Below the pieces are notes generated by a model. The model ran no database searches. It saw only the letters and a program-made list of their open reading frames with translations, and had not been told where the DNA came from. Of a DNA stretch of 64,000 nt, positions 58,229 through 64,000 are shown in pieces. How positions within the stretch are numbered: position 1 is the first letter of the stretch; every line of letters starts with the position of its first letter. The stretch lies in assembly GCA_947258795.1 (NCBI GenBank), contig CAMYJU010000008.1, forward strand, positions 133,122 through 197,121, in the 5' to 3' direction. Origin of the DNA: an uncultured Gammaproteobacteria bacterium. Lineage in GTDB: Bacteria > Pseudomonadota > Gammaproteobacteria > DRJJ01. The position numbers and the translations under genes are program-made.

Positions 58229-59059
58229 GTGAGCATCTATGCAATAGGCGATATCCAGGGGTGTCAGCCATCCCTGCTGAAGCTGCTGGATAAGATCAGG
58301 TTCGACCCGCAACAGGACCAGCTATGGTTTGCCGGTGACCTGGTCAACCGCGGGCCTGGCAGCCTGGACACCCTGCGCTTCGTCAAAGACCTGGGCGAAC
58401 AGGCGGTTACCGTGCTCGGTAATCATGATTTACATCTGCTTGCCGTTGCACATGGCTATGCAACGGAACATTCAGAAGACACCCTGACTGAGATACTAAA
58501 CGCCCCGGACCGGGATGAATTACTCGACTGGCTGCGCATGCAACCGCTGATCCATCATGATCCGGCGATTGGCTACACCATGATCCACGCCGGTCTGCCA
58601 CCCCAGTGGGACCATGATCAGGCCATCAGCCTGTGTGGCGAGGTAGAAAGCATCCTGCGCAGCACGCATTACACCGAATTCCTGAACAACATGTATGGCA
58701 ACTACCCGGATCAATGGCAAGAATCACTCGAGGGTTGGGACCGCCTGCGCTATATCACCAATTGCCTGACCCGATTACGTTATTGTAACAAGGACGGCCT
58801 GCTATGCCTTTCTGCAAAAGGCAGCCCGGGCAGTCAGCCGAGTGGATTCAAACCCTGGTTTGAAATAAAGAAACGTGCCAGCCGTCAACACCGAATCATA
58901 TTCGGCCACTGGTCAACGCTGGGTTTCCATGATAACCAGAATATCCACTCACTGGATGGCGGCTGCCTGTGGGGTGGATCCCTGGGCGCAATCCGGCTGG
59001 ACAAGAAAAAAACAAAGCGTGTCAGTATCGACTGTCCGGAATGGCGCAAGGCCAGGTAG
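58229..59059 (+). CDS. apaH: bis(5'-nucleosyl)-tetraphosphatase, symmetrical
   Basis: 276 aa (GTG start) with the metallophosphoesterase motifs YAIGDIQG, GDLVNRG and GNHD. It follows apaG. Confidence 0.93.
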   Translation: MSIYAIGDIQGCQPSLLKLLDKIRFDPQQDQLWFAGDLVNRGPGSLDTLRFVKDLGEQAVTVLGNHDLHLLAVAHGYATEHSEDTLTEILNAPDRDELLDWLRMQPLIHHDPAIGYTMIHAGLPPQWDHDQAISLCGEVESILRSTHYTEFLNNMYGNYPDQWQESLEGWDRLRYITNCLTRLRYCNKDGLLCLSAKGSPGSQPSGFKPWFEIKKRASRQHRIIFGHWSTLGFHDNQNIHSLDGGCLWGGSLGAIRLDKKKTKRVSIDCPEWRKAR

Positions 59060-59064
59060 CGTAA

Positions 59065-60123
59065 TTATTGCGATTCTGCCTTGACGACTTCATCAGCCGG
59101 CGGCTGCCCGCTACCCAGCAACACCGAGATCCAGTGGGTATGCTCACCATTTTCCAGCGCGAGCTTGGCCAGCATGGTCAACGGTACGGACAGGATCATA
59201 CCAACCGGCCCGAACACCCAGCCCCAGAAGATCAATGACAGGAAAACGATCAGCGCAGACAGACCCATACCACGCCCCATCACACGTGGTTCGACCACAC
59301 TGCCAATCACGATATTGATTACGGCATAACCCAGTGCGGCGCCAAGCGCGGCTGGTACACCAAACTGGATCAGGGCAAGCAATACCGCAGGTACCGCGGC
59401 GATAATCGAACCGATGTTGGGAATATAATTAAGCAAGAACGCAATCAGGCCCCATAACAGGGGAAAGTCAACGCCCATCACTGCCAGCATCACCGCAACC
59501 AGCACACCGGTTGCGAGGCTGGTCATGGTCTTTAAGCCGATGTAATGCTGCACGCTGGCCAGGAAATGATCGATATAATCGAATTTCACTCTGCCGGAGT
59601 TTGCGATCGCCTCCAGCTTGCCTGGAAAACTCGAGGCCTCCAGCAGAATCAACAAAACTGTAAACAGGATCAGAAAGGCATTGGTAAACAGATTGCCCAG
59701 ACCATCCAGCATCCTGTTTACCAGCTTGATGGCCGAACCCGGATCAAAGGCCTCGCGGATGCCGGTACTGGACAGCTCAACGCCCATACCGGACAACCAT
59801 CCGATAAACCCATTGAACAGCTGTTGCAGCTTGGCCTGGTAACCCGGCATCGCGCTGCTGAAACTCTGCACCGATGTGCCGACGGCCAACATTAACAGGA
59901 AACCAATCAGCAGGACAGCAAGCAGAATAATCAGTACGGCCAGCACTGCCGGAACACGTCGGCGCGTCATCCAGGCCAGCGGTGGTGCGCAGATAATCGC
60001 GATAAATACCGAGAACAGGAAAGGTACGATGATTGAGGCGGCGGCCTTCATGCCGGCGATCACCACTACCAGCGCGGCAAGGGTCAGCAGGACAGAAGTG
60101 GCCTTGAAAGTAGTATCGGACAT
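59065..60123 (-). CDS. AI-2E family transporter (PerM/YhhT-like permease)
   Basis: 352-aa polytopic membrane protein with the AI-2E pattern (LLNYIPNIGSIIAAVP..., PRVMGRGMGLSALIVFLSLIFWGWVFGPVGMILSVPL). Confidence 0.85.
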   Translation of the reverse strand: MSDTTFKATSVLLTLAALVVVIAGMKAAASIIVPFLFSVFIAIICAPPLAWMTRRRVPAVLAVLIILLAVLLIGFLLMLAVGTSVQSFSSAMPGYQAKLQQLFNGFIGWLSGMGVELSSTGIREAFDPGSAIKLVNRMLDGLGNLFTNAFLILFTVLLILLEASSFPGKLEAIANSGRVKFDYIDHFLASVQHYIGLKTMTSLATGVLVAVMLAVMGVDFPLLWGLIAFLLNYIPNIGSIIAAVPAVLLALIQFGVPAALGAALGYAVINIVIGSVVEPRVMGRGMGLSALIVFLSLIFWGWVFGPVGMILSVPLTMLAKLALENGEHTHWISVLLGSGQPPADEVVKAESQ

Positions 60124-60176
60124 ATCGATATAACAACCTCTTTGGATCGGTTTTTTGTTATTACTGTAAAACGTTT

Positions 60177-60800
60177 CTATACGGGTAGCTTAAGCCCTGT
60201 ACCACCCAGCCCACAGTAACCCATCGGATTCTTGGCCAGGTACTGCTGATGATAGTCTTCGGCATAATAGAACTCGGCTGCGGGCAGGATTTCCGTGGTA
60301 ATGTCCCCAAGGCCATTCTGCAACAGCACGGACTGGAAGCTGTCACGTGTCGTCAATGCCGCGGCACGCTGTTCATCTGTAAAATAATAGATACCCGAGC
60401 GATATTGGGTCCCGATATCATTTCCCTGCCGCATACCCTGGGTTGGGTCATGTGACTCCCAGAATAGGCTCAGCAAGCAAACATAATCAACCGCTCCGGG
60501 ATCATAGACCACCTGCACAACTTCATTGTGTCCGGTCTGCCCGCTACAGACTTCCTGATAGCTGGGATTCGGTGTCAGACCGGCTGCATAACCAACCATG
60601 GTCGAGTACACGCCCGGTAGCTCCCAGAATTTCCGTTCCGCTCCCCAGAAGCACCCCATGCCGAACAACGCGAGCTGCAACCCTTCCGGAAAGGGTGGCT
60701 GCATACGATGACCGTTGACTGTGTGCTGTACCGCCACCGGCATCCGCTCATCCCGTCCTGGCAATGCGGTATCAGCAGTTGGTAGCGACAAGGTTTTCAT
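60177..60800 (-). CDS. msrA: peptide-methionine (S)-S-oxide reductase
   Basis: The likely start is [10 protein letters not shown] (ATG at 60798-60800). The active site is GMGCFWGAE. The ORF track extends to 61013, but that region overlaps the upstream gene. Confidence 0.92.
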   Translation of the reverse strand: MKTLSLPTADTALPGRDERMPVAVQHTVNGHRMQPPFPEGLQLALFGMGCFWGAERKFWELPGVYSTMVGYAAGLTPNPSYQEVCSGQTGHNEVVQVVYDPGAVDYVCLLSLFWESHDPTQGMRQGNDIGTQYRSGIYYFTDEQRAAALTTRDSFQSVLLQNGLGDITTEILPAAEFYYAEDYHQQYLAKNPMGYCGLGGTGLKLPV

Positions 60801-60825
60801 ATAGGTGTCTCCCTGAACTCCCCGT

Positions 60826-61191
60826 TCATTGTCCAATTGACACAAAGGGGCCGATGAACAGATATAACAGAAAAATGATAATGGCGATATAGAATACAAA
60901 GGTAAGTGGGGCCTGCCTGATCCTGTCTGCAAGCGTTTCATACTGACCGGTACTTTTTCGCTGTTCGTATTCACGACGCATACGGACCGATCGTTCCTCC
61001 TGATAATCATCAATCAGTTTTCTGGCCTGATCATACTGGTGTTCATCATCAAGCCAGATCGCCGGCATGGATATCCCCCAGTTACCGGCAGAGGTCTCGT
61101 AGTAGTCTATACCATGACGGGATAATAGCTGACGGACATCCTCGGCCTCGTCCTCCGGCACCCCCCGTAAGCCAAATAACTTTTTAGCCAT
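60826..61191 (-). CDS. small conserved membrane-anchored protein (DUF-type, unknown function)
   Basis: The likely start is [23 protein letters not shown]. It has a soluble N-domain and one C-terminal TM helix ([22 protein letters not shown]). An alternative ATG lies at 61224. Confidence 0.6.
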   Translation of the reverse strand: MAKKLFGLRGVPEDEAEDVRQLLSRHGIDYYETSAGNWGISMPAIWLDDEHQYDQARKLIDDYQEERSVRMRREYEQRKSTGQYETLADRIRQAPLTFVFYIAIIIFLLYLFIGPFVSIGQ

Positions 61192-61723
61192 TTCCGGGAT
61201 ACCCGCCAGGTGCCTGACGTTCATAGCTCACATAGATACAGGCGTATGCGTTTTCTTCATCCTTGTCTGATGCCTCCCTGCCCGTTTCATGCCAGACGCT
61301 AAGGTCCAGTTCCGGGAACCAGGCATCTCCATTAAACCTACCCTGAACAAAGGTCAGGTACAGCCGGTCAACCAGGTCCAGGGTCTGTCCATAAAAACTG
61401 GCACCACCGATGATCATGGCCTCGTCAACCGGGCCTGCTTCATCCAGCGCCTGCTCCAGCGAGCCGACCATCACGGCACCGGGAGCCTGGTACTGACTGT
61501 CGCGGGTCAGCACGATATTCTTACGTTCAGGCAATGGCCGGGAACCGAAAGACTCCCAGGTCTTGCGTCCCATCAATATAGGCTTACCCAGGGTATGCCG
61601 GCGAAACCATTTCATGTCGGCCGGCAGGCGCGGCCACGGCAGGTCATTATCGGCGCCGATCAATCTATTCTGATCCATCGCGGCGATTAACGAAACGATT
61701 CTGGGTCTGGACTGACCACTCAT
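61184..61723 (-). CDS. folA: dihydrofolate reductase
   Basis: 179 aa with LIAAMDQNRLIGADNDLPW, GRKTWESFG and the GGASFY motif. Confidence 0.93.
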   Translation of the reverse strand: MSGQSRPRIVSLIAAMDQNRLIGADNDLPWPRLPADMKWFRRHTLGKPILMGRKTWESFGSRPLPERKNIVLTRDSQYQAPGAVMVGSLEQALDEAGPVDEAMIIGGASFYGQTLDLVDRLYLTFVQGRFNGDAWFPELDLSVWHETGREASDKDEENAYACIYVSYERQAPGGYPGNG

Positions 61724-61840
61724 ACCAGGCTGCTCTCCATTAAATGTGACATTCCGTCATACTCTAGCTTGCCGATTGTTTCAGAATTCTGGCAGCAGGT
61801 CGATAATCTGATTAGTAACAGCGACTATCTTGTACCGAGC

Positions 61841-62038
61841 ATGGAAATCAACAGTATTGCAACACTCGCCAGCAACCAGGCCCAGGCCAGTTTCGCTACC
61901 CAGGCGGAGGTACTGTTGCTGAAAAAGGCCATGGAGATCCAACAAAGTTCAGCCCTGGCGTTACTGGAGGCCATACCACCGGCACCGACGGCTGACGCAA
62001 ACCCGGCGGTAGGCCGGAATGTCAATGTCTACGCCTGA
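61841..62038 (+). CDS. YjfB-family putative motility protein
   Basis: The likely start is MEINSIATLASNQAQ.... The core LLLKKAMEIQQSSALALLEAIP and the C-terminal GRNVNVYA are typical of the ~60-aa YjfB family. The ORF track starts at 61769. Confidence 0.65.
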   Translation: MEINSIATLASNQAQASFATQAEVLLLKKAMEIQQSSALALLEAIPPAPTADANPAVGRNVNVYA

Positions 62039-62050
62039 CAGTACCCGCTA

Positions 62051-62884
62051 CTAAACTGCCATCGGCGCCTTGATTGCCGGATGATGTTCATAATCAAGCA
62101 GGCGCACATCGTCCATAGTAAAGTCTTCCAGCCGCGTAATCTCCGGATTCAACCATAAACTTGGCAAGGCCTTGGGCTCACGGGCCAGCTGTTCCTGTAC
62201 CGCGTCGAAATGGTTGTTATAGATGTGTACATTACCGAGGCTGCCAACCACCTCGCCTGGCCGGTAACCGCAAACCTGTGCCAGCATATGGGTCAGTACC
62301 GCGTAACTGGCAATATTGAAGCTCAGGCCCAGAAACAGGTCGATGCTACGTTGCGACCACATCAGCGACAGGGTACGGTCACGTGTGTTGGCATAAACCT
62401 GGAACCCCATATGACAGGGCGGCAGACATTGCTGGTCGGTCTCGCCAGGATTGTAGGCCCAGACCAGCATACGCCGGTCGGTCGGATTGCTGTTCAGGGT
62501 ATCTACCAGATTCTGCAACTGGTCCACACCGGCGCCATCCGGACGCAGCCAGTTACGCCACTGCACCCCGTAAACACGTCCCAGGTCACCGTCAAACCGG
62601 GGCTTGCCCGCCCCTTTCCAGTAATCCGCCTCATAGTTCGCATCCCAGATATGGCAATTGTTTTTCTGCAGGTCATGGATATCCGAGCTGCCACTGATGA
62701 AGAACAGCAATTCGGCCAGCATGGTCTTGAACGCCAGACGCTTGGTGGTCAATGCCGGAAACCCGGCCTGCAGATCAAACCGGACCATACGACCGAACAC
62801 CGAGCGGGTGCCGACGCCGGTGCGGTCCTGCATGTCCACGCCCTGCTCGATCACATCGCGTAACAAATCCAGATAGGCCTTCAT
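62051..62884 (-). CDS. thyA: thymidylate synthase
   Basis: 277 aa with [12 protein letters not shown], the active-site LPPCH and YGVQWRNW. Confidence 0.95.
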   Translation of the reverse strand: MKAYLDLLRDVIEQGVDMQDRTGVGTRSVFGRMVRFDLQAGFPALTTKRLAFKTMLAELLFFISGSSDIHDLQKNNCHIWDANYEADYWKGAGKPRFDGDLGRVYGVQWRNWLRPDGAGVDQLQNLVDTLNSNPTDRRMLVWAYNPGETDQQCLPPCHMGFQVYANTRDRTLSLMWSQRSIDLFLGLSFNIASYAVLTHMLAQVCGYRPGEVVGSLGNVHIYNNHFDAVQEQLAREPKALPSLWLNPEITRLEDFTMDDVRLLDYEHHPAIKAPMAV

Positions 62885-63669
62885 GCCGAAACCCGATCGC
62901 GTTTATACGCGAGGACCAGCAACAACATACCCAACAGGATCATCGGCGCAGACAGGACCTGGCCCATCGTGACCCAACCGAAAGCCAGATAGCCCAGGTG
63001 CAGGTCTGGTGTGCGTACAAACTCGACCGCGAACCTGAACAGACCATAGAACAGCAAAAACATGCCGGATACCGCCATCGTCGGACGCGACCTTGCCGAG
63101 TACATCCACAAGATGATAAACAGCAACACACCCTCGAGCACGGCTTCATACAACTGGCTGGGGTGCAATGCCGGCAGTGCCGGTGTTACCTGCATCGCCC
63201 AGGGCAGGTCGGACGGGCTGCCCCAGAGCTCGCCATTAATAAAGTTACCGATACGTCCGAGGCCAAGGCCGATAGGTACCAGCGGCGCAACAAAATCAGT
63301 GATCTCGAAAAAGCGGCGCTCCAGCCTCCTGGCAAACAGCCACATCGCCAGCATGACACCCAGCAGACCGCCATGAAAGGACATGCCGCCTTCCCAGATC
63401 CTGAGCAGACTGACCGGGTCTTCAAGAAACCCGGAGAATCCATAGAACAGGGTATAACCCAGCCGACCGCCGAGTATCACCCCGAGGGCGATATAAAAAA
63501 TAATGTCGCCGACCTGTTCCGGTTTTAGCGGGCTGAATTCCTTTCTGGCACGTACACGCCCCAGGTACCAGGCGCAGAAAAACCCGACCAGATAGGTAAT
63601 GCCGTACCAGTGCACATCAATCGGACCAAGGGAAATCGCAACAGGATCTATATCAGGATAACGTATCAT
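62881..63669 (-). CDS. lgt: prolipoprotein diacylglyceryl transferase
   Basis: 262 aa with [17 protein letters not shown] and the signature [13 protein letters not shown]. Its stop overlaps the thyA start. Confidence 0.95.
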   Translation of the reverse strand: MIRYPDIDPVAISLGPIDVHWYGITYLVGFFCAWYLGRVRARKEFSPLKPEQVGDIIFYIALGVILGGRLGYTLFYGFSGFLEDPVSLLRIWEGGMSFHGGLLGVMLAMWLFARRLERRFFEITDFVAPLVPIGLGLGRIGNFINGELWGSPSDLPWAMQVTPALPALHPSQLYEAVLEGVLLFIILWMYSARSRPTMAVSGMFLLFYGLFRFAVEFVRTPDLHLGYLAFGWVTMGQVLSAPMILLGMLLLVLAYKRDRVSA

Positions 63670-63717
63670 GGGTACAGCAGTTTACCACGTCCCGGGGCTT
63701 TTTCATGCCGGTCCTGA

Positions 63718-64000
63718 TCAAGCTGCACCGGGACGCAACACCCGGGCGAACACTGCCTTCAGGTAGGCCGTCTCCGGGATCGCCGGATGTACCGGGTGGT
63801 CCGGACCCTGCTGACCCTGCTCCAGCACAGAAAGCCAGGCACCCTGCTGGCGCGAGGCCCGCAGCAATATCCGCGTCAGCTCTTTCGCGGCCAGATGAAA
63901 CGAACAGGAGGCCGATAACAGCAGGCCATCATCGACCAGTACCCGCATCGCGCGTTCATTCAGGCGCTGGTAGGCCTCGATACCAGCCTTGTGATCCTTG
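63718..64000 (-). CDS. class I SAM-dependent rRNA methyltransferase (RlmI/YccW-like), C-terminal part only
   Basis: The frame is open from the window end (KDHKAGIEAYQRLNERAMRVLVDDGLLLSASCSFH...GPDHP...ETAYLKAVFARV). The M at 63948 in the ORF track is internal. Confidence 0.6.
   Translation of the reverse strand, partial: KDHKAGIEAYQRLNERAMRVLVDDGLLLSASCSFHLAAKELTRILLRASRQQGAWLSVLEQGQQGPDHPVHPAIPETAYLKAVFARVLRPGAA

Noticed and set aside
60800-61013. N-terminal 71-aa extension of msrA in the ORF track
   Set aside because: The extension overlaps the upstream small membrane-protein gene and has an implausible Cys/Ser-rich sequence. The conserved MsrA sequence begins after the ATG at 60800.

Overview
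This window looks like a gammaproteobacterial chromosomal segment, roughly 55-60% GC by eye. Most of it is conserved housekeeping genes in familiar, Pseudomonas-like gene order. The recognisable blocks are: a MacAB/DevBCA-type efflux operon; yaaA and tRNA-Met; ychF-pth-rplY-prs-tRNA-Gln-ispE-lolB-TPR, divergent from hemA-prfA-prmC-moeB; hslO; gatCAB, divergent from mreBCD-mrdA-rodA-mltB-rlpA-dacA-dat-ybeD-lipB-lipA; amgK-murU, divergent from lptD-surA-pdxA-rsmA...apaG-apaH; and msrA-folA-thyA-lgt. Several small accessory insertions interrupt this backbone. The most interesting is a two-gene minus-strand module at 22313-25226, with no integrase or transposase nearby. It encodes an AT-rich two-transmembrane (2TM) protein whose layout resembles SLATT/DUF4231 effectors. 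Directly downstream is a 697-aa protein with an N-terminal TIR domain, a charged coiled coil, one TM helix, a TPR-like region and a C-terminal FGE/SUMF1-like domain that lacks the catalytic cysteines. This is a Toll-like-receptor-style topology next to a candidate pore effector, so I propose it as a candidate defence or signalling system. Other accessory items are listed here.
- An orphan ParA-like ATPase next to a secreted S8 protease carrying three PKD domains.
- A repeat-containing PEP-CTERM protein wedged between ybeD and lipB.
- A YdgA/DUF945 gene plus a small exported protein inserted between rsmA and apaG, with a perfect CRP-type palindrome between them.
- A translationally coupled GCS2-like ligase and AstE/AspA-like hydrolase pair.
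- A MoeB-JAMM pair with no visible ubiquitin-like partner.
- REP-like palindromic repeats and a 16-bp long-range inverted repeat.
I saw no CRISPR array, rRNA gene or recognisable transposable element. All family assignments come from motif recognition by eye and have not been checked against databases.
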